Source: Candidatus Latescibacterota bacterium
GTDB taxonomy: Bacteria > Latescibacterota > UBA2968 > UBA8231
Length of the DNA: 64,000 nt
NCBI GenBank assembly: GCA_965261395.1
Contig: OZ253462.1
Coordinates: forward strand, 800,001-864,000
Direction: 5' to 3'
Shown: positions 48,160 to 57,334 of the stretch, piece by piece
Layout of the letters: each line of letters begins with the position of its first letter
Numbering within the stretch: position 1 is the stretch's first letter
Translations under genes and position numbers: made by a program
The notes under the pieces: generated by a model
The model's input: the letters and a program-made list of their open reading frames with translations, nothing else
Told to the model about the DNA's origin: nothing
Databases searched by the model: none

Positions 48160-48341
48160 AATCCCCTCCTTCTGCGCCCAATGATATACTTAGGGGGACC
48201 CGCTCACAACCCCACTTGTGCTTGCCAAAGTCGCCACTACAAGGAGGGGCTTTCAGTACCTGCCATCCCGCGCCATCTTCATCAGGGATAGAATCGAAAC
48301 TCGTCGGGTTCTACATGGTCGCCTTAGCATAGGCTATCCGC

Positions 48342-48905
48342 ATGAGAATAGTCATACCAGCAATTTTTGCGCTCCTCTTTTTGGGGGGTGCCTCCAGCCG
48401 CAACATTACACCCGACGCCGTGACCCGGGCTACGATCTGGAATTCCCACGAGGGCGACCTCGATGTTCTAGGGGACGGCAAGATCCCCCAAGATGCCGGT
48501 GCCCTACCCTTCACTTGGAAGACCAAGGGGATTTTGGTATTTGCTTGGGAGGAGCCGCGGCAACTGGAAAAGTTGCGGATCTACGTCGGTGCCATCGGCA
48601 ACGACTATCAGGCTCGCGCCTATCTAGGCGGGCGCTTAGACGAGACCGGCACTCTGCGCGAACCCGAAGGGGTGCAAACCGCTCTGATCGAAGAGAATGC
48701 GCGGGCGGTGGACCAGTGGATCGAGATTTATTTTTCCCCCGACACTATGGCCGACAACCTTGAACTATGGACGCTGGGTCCTACGGTCTTCTACGAGGTG
48801 GAAATCCACGTGCACAGTCCAGACGCTACCGGAGTCGAGAAGTTGAGCTGGGGAAAAATCAAGACAGGGCAAGGATCACTTTCAGTTCTGCGCCAAATAC
48901 CGTAA
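48342..48905 (+). CDS. Secreted hypothetical protein with a C-terminal TGVEKLSWGKIK tag
   Basis: Signal peptide; beta-sandwich-like body; SWGxIK tail. Confidence 0.75.
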   Translation: MRIVIPAIFALLFLGGASSRNITPDAVTRATIWNSHEGDLDVLGDGKIPQDAGALPFTWKTKGILVFAWEEPRQLEKLRIYVGAIGNDYQARAYLGGRLDETGTLREPEGVQTALIEENARAVDQWIEIYFSPDTMADNLELWTLGPTVFYEVEIHVHSPDATGVEKLSWGKIKTGQGSLSVLRQIP

Positions 48906-48927
48906 CTATATAGCAATCCAGAATGAC

Positions 48928-48995
48928 TTGAACGATTCGAGATGTGGATCATCTTGTGAATACTATTCTGCGTCCATCTGCGTCCATCTGCGGAT
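48928..48995 (+). repeat. Dispersed 68-bp intergenic repeat, copy 2
   Basis: 65/68 identical to 19553-19620. Confidence 0.9.
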
Positions 48996-49014
48996 TAATA
49001 CGGGAGAGTCCGTT

Positions 49015-50496
49015 ATGCCCCAAATGACAAAACGCAAACTTGCAATCTCGGCTTTGCTCCTGCTGATCGGAGCCTTGATCGGCTGGGACATCTACTCCCA
49101 CCAAGCGCAGACCTTCTTCGTTGGGACGGCAGGGTCGGTACAGCAAGCCCAAGAGCTTTTGCAGGTAGAAGGCCTACCCCTCCTGCGCCCCGGCACTCTC
49201 ACCTTGGGCGAGGGCAATCCGACCGTAGCGGTCGCCACTTCGAGCGACCCGGAACTGGCCGCACCGGCAGCCCTAAACGCCTCCCTGAGCTTCGCGCAGG
49301 TGGATGCTATCGTCCGCCGCGCTCTGGATCTAGACAAGTCGGAGCGCTCCATTCGCGCCGTCATCGAGCCGAGCGACTGGGTCGTGGTCAAAGTCAACAT
49401 TGTGACCAACAAAGGAAATCCCACCTCGGCATACTACCATAATGGCATTGAACACCCGGGCCAGATCACGGATTTGCGGGCGGTGAAGAGCGTGATTAAC
49501 TACCTCATTGAGCAGGTCGGACCGCGGCGCATCACCATTGCCGAGGGCGGAGCCGAATCTCCCCGCAAAGGCGAGCCAGGCTTTCCCACCAATGCAGAAG
49601 AAGATGGCTGGTCCGCAATCTATCCCGAGTTCGGCGATCTCTCGTACATCAAGATGCTAGAAGAGTTCGCCGCCATGGGGGTCTCTACCGTGGTGGACAC
49701 CTCCGACCTCAACTACGCTCCCTTCCGCCTTGAGCCGGTTCCGGGCGGAGCCATTCAGCGCTTGGGGGTGACGCGTCTCAGCTATCCGGGTGCCCAGTTC
49801 GGCTTCCACGTGGAGGGCACTGGCAGCTTCCGCAAGGAAGGTTACTTCATGCCCGAACCGATTCTAGACGCCGATAAAGTAATTTCCATCGCCGCCATGA
49901 AGACCACTATCTACGGCACCACCCTAGGCATCAAGAACTACGTCGGCACCCTAGCCTCGGGGGCGTACGGCGATGGCACCTCCAAGCGCCAGCACTACCA
50001 GAACAATCCCGAGCACGGCTACGTGGATCTGTTCTCCTACAACCCGGCGGCCTATACCGTCATCGAGGGATTCTGGGGAACTGAAGGCGACGGGCCGCAG
50101 TGGGGGCAGAACGTCCAGCACAACGTGGTGGTAGCCGGCGGCGATCCGTTGGCCACCGAAGCCGTGGCCAACGTGGTCATGGGCTTCAATCCACTCGACT
50201 TGGAGCATCTCTACCTAGCAGCGACCAAGGGCTTTGGCACCTTCGATCTAAACCGAGTCCGGGTGGAGGGACGTGCGCCCGATAGCGTGCAGCGCGACTT
50301 TGTCAAATCCCGTGGGGGCAGTCGGCAGGGCGCGTTCTACGGGCGCGGCATCCGGCGCTGGCTCGTCGCTGGGCCGTTTCCGAATAGCAGCGATATCGGT
50401 TCCGAGCCTCTGCCCAACGAAACCCAGCTATATCCCCGAGAGGGCGCGCCGGCCGGCGATGTGGTGTGGACACAGGTGGAGCACCTCGAGCCGTAG
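49015..50496 (+). CDS. Secreted DUF362-domain protein, probably truncated at the C-terminus
   Basis: VVVKVNIV, ITIAEG, TLGIKNYVG, EGDGP and DPLATEA..MGFNP motifs; ends abruptly mid-domain. Confidence 0.8.
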   Translation: MPQMTKRKLAISALLLLIGALIGWDIYSHQAQTFFVGTAGSVQQAQELLQVEGLPLLRPGTLTLGEGNPTVAVATSSDPELAAPAALNASLSFAQVDAIVRRALDLDKSERSIRAVIEPSDWVVVKVNIVTNKGNPTSAYYHNGIEHPGQITDLRAVKSVINYLIEQVGPRRITIAEGGAESPRKGEPGFPTNAEEDGWSAIYPEFGDLSYIKMLEEFAAMGVSTVVDTSDLNYAPFRLEPVPGGAIQRLGVTRLSYPGAQFGFHVEGTGSFRKEGYFMPEPILDADKVISIAAMKTTIYGTTLGIKNYVGTLASGAYGDGTSKRQHYQNNPEHGYVDLFSYNPAAYTVIEGFWGTEGDGPQWGQNVQHNVVVAGGDPLATEAVANVVMGFNPLDLEHLYLAATKGFGTFDLNRVRVEGRAPDSVQRDFVKSRGGSRQGAFYGRGIRRWLVAGPFPNSSDIGSEPLPNETQLYPREGAPAGDVVWTQVEHLEP

Positions 50497-50804
50497 AAGA
50501 GTCGGCGACCACCCCGCCTCTACCGGAAGCACCGGCACTGCTGGAGAACTACCCGAATCCATTCAATCCCATCACCCGCATCCGCTTTGCCCTGCCCCAA
50601 GCAGGTCCTGCCAAGCTGGATATCTACAATGCGGCGGGCCAGTGGATCTGCACCCTAGTGGAAGGAGAAGCCGCCTCTGGCTATCACGAGGTGATGTGGG
50701 ACGCACGCAATGCCTCGGGCTTCAATATGGCTAGCGGAACCTACTTTGCCGTCCTCAAGGCCGGTGATCTGCGCCAGACCCGACCCATGACCCTAGTCCG
50801 TTGA
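50490..50804 (+). pseudogene. Out-of-frame FlgD/T9SS type-A-like C-terminal domain
   Basis: AVEE...LLENYPNPFNP.TRIRF..IYN..GQ..WD....ASGTYF; has no signal peptide of its own. Confidence 0.75.
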
Positions 50805-51850
50805 GCGTGGGCTTCATCGCGCCTTCAGGCGTGGCAGCGATTCAAACTCTTTACCACAACCTGACGCAACCGCTCTGGCAGGCCGCCAGCATGGCAGAGC
50901 ACTACCTGCGGAATACCTACACGCTGCGCGTCTTGGCAAGTTTCTGGGATTTGGCGGCCCAGCTCTGGTACTTTGTGGTGCTAGGTGCCCTATTCAGTAC
51001 GCTAGCTTGGCGCTACTTGCCCAAGACTCGGATCCGCCGCGCGCTCCAGCAACGGGCCAACGGCTCCATTGTGGCAGCCACCCTGCTGGCCTTGATCTCG
51101 CCCCTATGCACCTTTGCGGCTATTCCCGTGGCCGGCCGCCTGATAAATATAGGCGTACCGGCCGCACCTTTGGTGGCCTTTGTCGTGGCCTCGCCGCTGA
51201 TGAACCCCGCCCTGTTCGTGTACACCGCTGGGACCATCAGTATGGAAATGGCCATAGCCCGGCTAGCCACGGCGACTAGCGTGGGGCTGCTGGCCGGTTT
51301 TGCGGCGCAGTCCGCGCTGCGCCGTCGCCTAACGTTCGCCGTCCGCACGGCAATCTCTGCGGAGCGCGCCCCGGCCACGGCGGACGGGCGGTCTGAAGTT
51401 GGGAAGCTAGCCCAACGCTTCCGCGGCGATTTGCTCTTCATCGCCAAATTCTTCGGTCTAGGAATCTTCATCGCCGCCTTGGTAAAGACCTTTCTGTCCC
51501 AAGAGTTGGTGCTGGCACTGGTCGGCCCCGGCAGCGTCTGGGCCGTGCCCGTGGCTGTAGCCTTGGGGGTGCCGCTCTACGCCTGTGGCGGCGGCAGCAT
51601 TCCCATTGTCGAGAGCATGATGCAGATGGGCATGAGTCCGGGGGCGGCTCTGGGCTTTTTCATTGCCGGTCCAGCCACCAAGTTTTCTACCCTGACCATG
51701 CTTGGGGCGGTCTGGGGCCGCCGCATCTTGTTGTTCTACTTGGGTTTGATGCTGGTCGGGGCCTTGTTCTGGGGATTTCTCTATCCTTTTGGCGGCGAAA
51801 ACATCCAGGCCAAGGCGGGCGGGGTCTATGAGGATTTGATGGGGCGATGA
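50801..51850 (+). CDS. DUF318 (ArsP-like) permease
   Basis: SPLC, ASPLMNP, GVPLYAC and FFIAGPAT motifs; start uncertain. Confidence 0.85.
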   Translation: MSVGFIAPSGVAAIQTLYHNLTQPLWQAASMAEHYLRNTYTLRVLASFWDLAAQLWYFVVLGALFSTLAWRYLPKTRIRRALQQRANGSIVAATLLALISPLCTFAAIPVAGRLINIGVPAAPLVAFVVASPLMNPALFVYTAGTISMEMAIARLATATSVGLLAGFAAQSALRRRLTFAVRTAISAERAPATADGRSEVGKLAQRFRGDLLFIAKFFGLGIFIAALVKTFLSQELVLALVGPGSVWAVPVAVALGVPLYACGGGSIPIVESMMQMGMSPGAALGFFIAGPATKFSTLTMLGAVWGRRILLFYLGLMLVGALFWGFLYPFGGENIQAKAGGVYEDLMGR

Positions 51851-51973
51851 AATCAATCGACAGACCTCTTCAAGGTCGGCAGCGAGTCTTTCTACCTCGA
51901 CTAACCCGACGCCCTTGAGACAAGGGGCAAATTGCGTTTTATTTCGGAACTGCTATGCCGGGAGAATGACGCC

Positions 51974-52834
51974 ATGACTAACCAGATCGACTACACCTTC
52001 AAGGCCGCGCCGACCCACGACGAACTGCGCGAAATGGACCGCGACTTGCGCTTCTATCCTTGCACGGTCGATGACCCCACCACCCTCACTGCCGAACAGA
52101 CCGCCGCTTTCAACCGAGACGGCTACCTCAAGGGCCTGCGAATTTTCGACGACGCCGAGATCGCCGAGCACCGGGACTTCTTCGACGAGCAACTGAGAAA
52201 GGTCATGGCCGCTGGCTATGGCAGCTTCACCCTCAGTTCGGCGCATCTCAAATTCGCCAAGGTCTATGACCTCATGCACCATCCCAAGATTCTCGCCTAC
52301 GTCCACGATCTCCTCGGCCCCGAACTGATCGGCTTGGCCTCGCACTACTTTTGCAAGATGCCTAAGGACGGCACCACCGTCTCCTGGCACCAGGACGCCA
52401 GCTACTGGCCGTTGACTCCCTCCAAGACGGCGACCGTCTGGCTGGCTGTTGACGACGCCGATATCGACAATGGCTGTATGCGCTTTGTCGCTGGCTCGCA
52501 CCTCTACGGCCAGCTCGAATTCCGCTCGAGTGACGCCGCGGAAAATAACGTCCTCAATCAGACGGTGGACGAGGTTGAGCGCTACGGCGAGATCGTCGAT
52601 GTAGAGCTCAAGGCCGGCGAGGTCTCGATTCACTCCGACCTGCTTTTGCACAGCTCGCACTACAACGAATCGGACCGCCGGCGCTGCGGACTAACCCTGC
52701 GCTACTGCACCCCCGATGTGCGTGCGATCCCCGGCTACTCTTGGGAGAAGGAGGGCGTGCTGATCAACGCCGCCGACCCGGCTGGCCACTGGGGCAACCC
52801 GACCCGGCCCGAGCGCGACTACGAGGTGGCCTGA
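51974..52834 (+). CDS. PhyH-like Fe/2OG dioxygenase
   Basis: WHQDASYW, NGCMRFVAGSH and LLHSS motifs. Confidence 0.93.
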   Translation: MTNQIDYTFKAAPTHDELREMDRDLRFYPCTVDDPTTLTAEQTAAFNRDGYLKGLRIFDDAEIAEHRDFFDEQLRKVMAAGYGSFTLSSAHLKFAKVYDLMHHPKILAYVHDLLGPELIGLASHYFCKMPKDGTTVSWHQDASYWPLTPSKTATVWLAVDDADIDNGCMRFVAGSHLYGQLEFRSSDAAENNVLNQTVDEVERYGEIVDVELKAGEVSIHSDLLLHSSHYNESDRRRCGLTLRYCTPDVRAIPGYSWEKEGVLINAADPAGHWGNPTRPERDYEVA

Positions 52835-52964
52835 GCCGCTAGCGCAGATTTACGGGCTTCACCGCGCCTTTAGGTGAGACAGCAGGCGCGAAAATCAACC
52901 GCAAGCTAGGTCCGCTGCCCCGTGCATCTGACGGGTCTGGTCCTTGCTACAAACAGAGATGCCG

Positions 52965-54443
52965 ATGGCAAACGACAGACCGCACGTCCTCCTGATTACC
53001 ACCGACCATTGGTCCGCTTCCCTTTTGGGCGCAGCCAACCATCCCGCCATCCTCACCCCCACTCTCGACTCCTTAGCCCGCAGCGGCACTCGCTTTGTCA
53101 ACGCCTATAGCGAATGCCCGGTCTGCATCCCCGCTCGTCGCACCCTGATGACGGGCACTTCGCCGCGCACCCACGGCGACCGGGTCTTCAAAACAACCAA
53201 TCCCATGCCCGACCTGCCGACCGTGGCGCAGACCTTTCGCAACTCAGGCTACCAAGCGTATGCCGTTGGCAAGCTCCACGTCTATCCCCAGCGCGACCGC
53301 ATCGGCTTCGACGACGTGCTGCTCGACGAAGAGGGCCGACCGCACTTGGGTGCTGTTGACGACTACGATCTCTTCCTCGCGGACCAAGGCCATGCGGGGA
53401 TGGGCTTTGCCCACGGCATGAGCAACAACGAATATTCCTTCCGCCCTTGGCATTTGCCCGAGGACTGCCACCCCACCACTTGGGCGGCGCGTCAGATGGG
53501 CCGGATGATCAAACGCCGCAACCCAGCTAAGCCCGGCTTTTGGTACCTGTCCTTCCGCCACCCGCATCCGCCGCTGGTGCCCCTGCAGAGCTATCTCGAC
53601 CTCTATCGCGATATTGAGATCGACGAGGCGCACCACGGCGCTTGGGCACGCGACTTCGATGATCTGCCCTATGCGCTCAAAGTCATTCAGGGTGCCAACG
53701 CCCACCTCAAGGGGCCGGAGGTTCTGCGCATTCGCCGCGCCTTCTACGCGCTCTGTACCCAGATTGACCACCAGCTTCGCGTGGTCCTCGGCACTCTGCG
53801 CGAGGAGGGGCTGCTCGACAATACCATTATTTGCTTCACGGCTGACCACGGCGATATGCTCGGCAACCACGGGCTGTGGGCCAAGCGGCTCTACTACGAG
53901 CAGTCGGCCAATGTGCCAATGATCTTGCTCGGAGGCCGGGACGGGCGAGTGCCGCATCATACTATAGATGATCGTCTCGTCGGCTGGCAGGACGTCATGC
54001 CGACCTTGCTCGACTTGGCGGGCATCGACATCCCAGACACCGTCGAGGGCCTATCCATGGTCGGCGAGAACCGGCGCACTTATCTCTATGGCGAATGCGG
54101 CGAAGGGTCGAATGCCTCCCGCATGATCCGCGCGGGACGACACAAGCTGATCTACTATCCAGTGGGCAACCGCGTCCAGCTCTTCGACCTCGAAAGCGAT
54201 CCCAGCGAACTGAACGACCTAGCTGGCTCACCCGACCACGCCGCAATCCAGGCTCAACTCAGCGAGCGACTCGTCGGCGAACTCTACGGCGGCGACCAAG
54301 CATGGGTCCAAGACGATCAACTCGTCGGCCTGCCCGACCAGCAATGGTCTCCCCGTCCCAACCGCAATCTCTCGGGGGTCCGCGGTGCCCACTATCCCGC
54401 GCCGCCCCAGATCGGCGGCGACCAAGTCGTGGGTGCGCCGTGA
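52965..54443 (+). CDS. Formylglycine-dependent sulfatase
   Basis: CIPAR (CxPxR), GKLH, PHPP and ADHGD motifs. Confidence 0.95.
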   Translation: MANDRPHVLLITTDHWSASLLGAANHPAILTPTLDSLARSGTRFVNAYSECPVCIPARRTLMTGTSPRTHGDRVFKTTNPMPDLPTVAQTFRNSGYQAYAVGKLHVYPQRDRIGFDDVLLDEEGRPHLGAVDDYDLFLADQGHAGMGFAHGMSNNEYSFRPWHLPEDCHPTTWAARQMGRMIKRRNPAKPGFWYLSFRHPHPPLVPLQSYLDLYRDIEIDEAHHGAWARDFDDLPYALKVIQGANAHLKGPEVLRIRRAFYALCTQIDHQLRVVLGTLREEGLLDNTIICFTADHGDMLGNHGLWAKRLYYEQSANVPMILLGGRDGRVPHHTIDDRLVGWQDVMPTLLDLAGIDIPDTVEGLSMVGENRRTYLYGECGEGSNASRMIRAGRHKLIYYPVGNRVQLFDLESDPSELNDLAGSPDHAAIQAQLSERLVGELYGGDQAWVQDDQLVGLPDQQWSPRPNRNLSGVRGAHYPAPPQIGGDQVVGAP

Positions 54444-55885
54444 AATCGCCCAACTTTCTGTTCATCTTATCCGACCAGCACCACCGACTCGCCAGCGGCT
54501 GCTACGGCCATCCGCTGGTGCAAACGCCCCATCTGGACTCCTTAGCCGCACGCGGCACCCGCTTCCAGAACGCCTACACCAACTGCCCGATCTGCGTCCC
54601 CGCCCGCGCGTCGCTGGCCACTGGCCGCTACGTGCATCAGATAGGCTACTGGGACAACGGGCATCCCTATGATGGCACGCCCGTCTCCTATCATCAGCGC
54701 CTGCGCGAGCAGGGCTTCTGCTGCGACTCAATCGGCAAGTTGCACTTCAAGGGGCAAGGCGCAGACCACGGATTTAGCGAGGAAATCGAGCCGTTGCACG
54801 TAGTCGATGGCGGCGGCGATGTACTCGGCTGCATCCGCGATCGCCCGCCCTTTCGCGACAAGCACGGCGAGCTTGGGCGCGCGGGTGCGGGCGATTCGAC
54901 TTACTTGCAGTACGACGCCCGCTGCACCGAACACGCCTTGCGCTGGCTCGCCGAGCACCAAAACGACGCTAAGCCTTGGGTAGTCTTCCTCAATTTCGTC
55001 TGCCCGCATCCTCCCTATATCGCCCCGTCGGAAATCTACGCCCGATATTCGCTCGCAGACGTGCCGCTGCCGCCACAGTGGACGCCCGACACGTGGCCCG
55101 ACCATCCGGCGATGGACTACTTCCGCCGCTTCTTCCGCTTCGACCAAGGGCACAGCGAAGAGACGGTGCGGCGAGTTTCAGCCGCGTACTACGGCACCAC
55201 GACCTATCTCGATCAGCAGATCGGCCGCGTGCTCGGCGCGCTCGACGGGTTTGGTCTGACGGATTCCACCCGCGTGCTCTATACCTCCGACCACGGAGAA
55301 TGTTTGGGGGCCCGAGGCATCTTCGGCAAATTTACGCTCTATGACGAGGCCGCGGCTGTGCCGATGATTGCGGCTGGCCCCGACGTGCCGGAGGGGAAGG
55401 TGGTGCAGACGCCTGTTTCTCTGGTGGATTGTTTTCCGACCGCGCTTGAATGCGTCGGAGCTGCATTAATCGACGAAGACCTGCCCGGCCGCTCGCTGTG
55501 GCAGATCGCGCAGGAGGACGACCAAGAGCGCACCGTCTTCAGCGAGTATCACGCGTTGGGCACCGAGCACGGCACCTATATGTTGCGCCGTAGTCGCTAC
55601 AAGTACAATTACTACGTCGGTGCGCCGTCGCAGCTTTTTGACTTGGCGGAGGATCCCAACGAGCTAAACGACCTGTCCGGCATACCAGAGCACCAGGGCC
55701 TGTTGCGAGATTGCGAAAGAGAATTGCACGCCTTGCTCGACCCGGAAGCGGTTGACGAGCAGGCCCATGCCAGTCAACGGGCAACCATCGAAGCGGCGGG
55801 CGGGGCTGCTGCGGTGATTCAACGCGGTGCCTTCGACCACTCGCCGACGCCCGGGGAAAAGGCCGCGTTTAGGCCGCACAAGTGA
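54440..55885 (+). CDS. Formylglycine-dependent sulfatase (choline-sulfatase-like)
   Basis: CVPAR, GKLH, PHPP, SDHGE and SEYHA motifs; GTGA overlap with the upstream gene. Confidence 0.95.
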   Translation: MKSPNFLFILSDQHHRLASGCYGHPLVQTPHLDSLAARGTRFQNAYTNCPICVPARASLATGRYVHQIGYWDNGHPYDGTPVSYHQRLREQGFCCDSIGKLHFKGQGADHGFSEEIEPLHVVDGGGDVLGCIRDRPPFRDKHGELGRAGAGDSTYLQYDARCTEHALRWLAEHQNDAKPWVVFLNFVCPHPPYIAPSEIYARYSLADVPLPPQWTPDTWPDHPAMDYFRRFFRFDQGHSEETVRRVSAAYYGTTTYLDQQIGRVLGALDGFGLTDSTRVLYTSDHGECLGARGIFGKFTLYDEAAAVPMIAAGPDVPEGKVVQTPVSLVDCFPTALECVGAALIDEDLPGRSLWQIAQEDDQERTVFSEYHALGTEHGTYMLRRSRYKYNYYVGAPSQLFDLAEDPNELNDLSGIPEHQGLLRDCERELHALLDPEAVDEQAHASQRATIEAAGGAAAVIQRGAFDHSPTPGEKAAFRPHK

Positions 55886-55941
55886 TGTTGAGCAGCATCC
55901 TTTAGCACACTGATGCGCGGGCGATGAGCAGGGGCCGGTTT

Positions 55942-55973
55942 GCCCGAATGTACTGTCGGGCTTTTCTTTTTTT
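55942..55973 (+). terminator. Terminator-like hairpin and T-tract directly before the MFS start codon
   Basis: GCCCGA-N8-TCGGGC-TTTTCTTTTTTT-ATG. Confidence 0.55.
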
Positions 55974-57275
55974 ATGCCCGACACCCCAAGCGACACAGCA
56001 ACCCCCGATCACAGACTTTCTCCAGCAGTTCGTCGCCGCAGCCAGTCGCGGCTGATCGGCGTCGCCGTTAGCGGCTCGATCAATAACGCCCTCCTCACTT
56101 CCCTCGTCCCTCTCTTTCTTCTTTCTCTCGGTGCTTCGCCCTTTCTCATCGGCTTAGTCGCCACCAGCGAGTACCTCCAGAAGATGGGGCGCGTCGTCGG
56201 GTTGCAGCTAATGCAGCGCACCGGGAAGGCCGGGGTCTTCTTTTGGGGCCGGCTCTGCTCGTTGCCGGCTGGGCTGGCACTGGCGCTGTTGGCGTTCTAC
56301 GCCGCGGACGGGGCTTGGGCCGCTTGGATCGGCCTAGCCCTGTTTAGCGCGCGTGGTCTCATACAACAAGGAGGCAACACCGCTTGGTGGCCCCTAGTCC
56401 AAGACAACACCTCTAGGGGTGGGGTCGGAGCCTTTCTCACGCGCATGCGCCTTCAGCAGCGCCTGCTCGAACTCGTCTTGCCCATCCTGATCGGCTGGTA
56501 CCTCGGCTCTCAGCCCATGGCAGGCGACTTCGGCCCGCTCTTTGCCCTGGCGGTTTTCTCTACTTGTGGTGGAGCCCTCTTGGTGCGCGGAGTAGCGGAG
56601 CGACCTCTGTCCCCGCCCGGGGAAGGTATAGTTCGCCGCTTGCGTCAAGCGTTGGCCGCGCCCCAGATGCGTGCGTACACCCTTTTTATTATGGCCCGCA
56701 CGGCGGTGCTAGCTGCGACCTTTCCGCTGTGGGTCGTGGCGCTCACGGATTGGGGGCTGCCCGTTAGCTACTTCGTCTGGATGACGCCAGTACAAGCCCT
56801 CGGCTATTTGGTCGGACTGCATGGCTGGGGTCGGATGGTGGACCGGCACGGCAGCCGGGGAGCACTGACCATCACCCTGTTGCTGCAAGCGGCCATGGCA
56901 CCCGCTTGGCTCTTCCTGCCTGCGGAACTCCTGTGGATCGCACTTTGGGCGGGGGGCGTCTATCTGCTCTGGGGTGCGCTGGACGGCGGCCACCAGATGG
57001 GGCAGTCGCGGGCGATGATCGACGCCGTTTCCAAAGAATACCAGGCCGAGGGATTCTCCCTTGCGATGTACGCGTCGGCGCTGGGCGGTATTGTCGGCGG
57101 CATTGCGGGTGGGGCCTGTTTCCAATGGTCTGCTGCGCTGGTTGGTCCGCGGGGGCCGCTCTTTTATTTGTGTGCGGTTCAGCTCGCATTTACTGCGGCT
57201 TGGTTGCTCAGTACTCGGCTGGCCGGCTACCGAGAGCAAACCCCCGTGCGCCGCTTCTGGAGCTTGTCATCTTAG
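55974..57275 (+). CDS. MFS transporter
   Basis: About 12 TM helices; WGRMVDRHGSR motif A. Confidence 0.85.
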   Translation: MPDTPSDTATPDHRLSPAVRRRSQSRLIGVAVSGSINNALLTSLVPLFLLSLGASPFLIGLVATSEYLQKMGRVVGLQLMQRTGKAGVFFWGRLCSLPAGLALALLAFYAADGAWAAWIGLALFSARGLIQQGGNTAWWPLVQDNTSRGGVGAFLTRMRLQQRLLELVLPILIGWYLGSQPMAGDFGPLFALAVFSTCGGALLVRGVAERPLSPPGEGIVRRLRQALAAPQMRAYTLFIMARTAVLAATFPLWVVALTDWGLPVSYFVWMTPVQALGYLVGLHGWGRMVDRHGSRGALTITLLLQAAMAPAWLFLPAELLWIALWAGGVYLLWGALDGGHQMGQSRAMIDAVSKEYQAEGFSLAMYASALGGIVGGIAGGACFQWSAALVGPRGPLFYLCAVQLAFTAAWLLSTRLAGYREQTPVRRFWSLSS

Positions 57276-57334
57276 AGCACTCGTCTTATGTTGCTTTTGC
57301 GTTGATTCTCATTTCCTAAGATGCCCTCAGACAC

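Noticed and set aside
48928-49014. N-terminal extensions of the DUF362, RidA and Ogt ORFs (SASICVHLR-like text)
   Set aside because: They are translations of the intergenic ATCTGCG repeat, and downstream ATGs fit better.
35722-53960. Long antisense ORFs such as 35722..36864, 39817..40653, 42252..43520, 51953..52660 and 53244..53960
   Set aside because: They are shadow frames opposite well-supported genes, as expected in GC-rich DNA, and carry no recognisable motifs.
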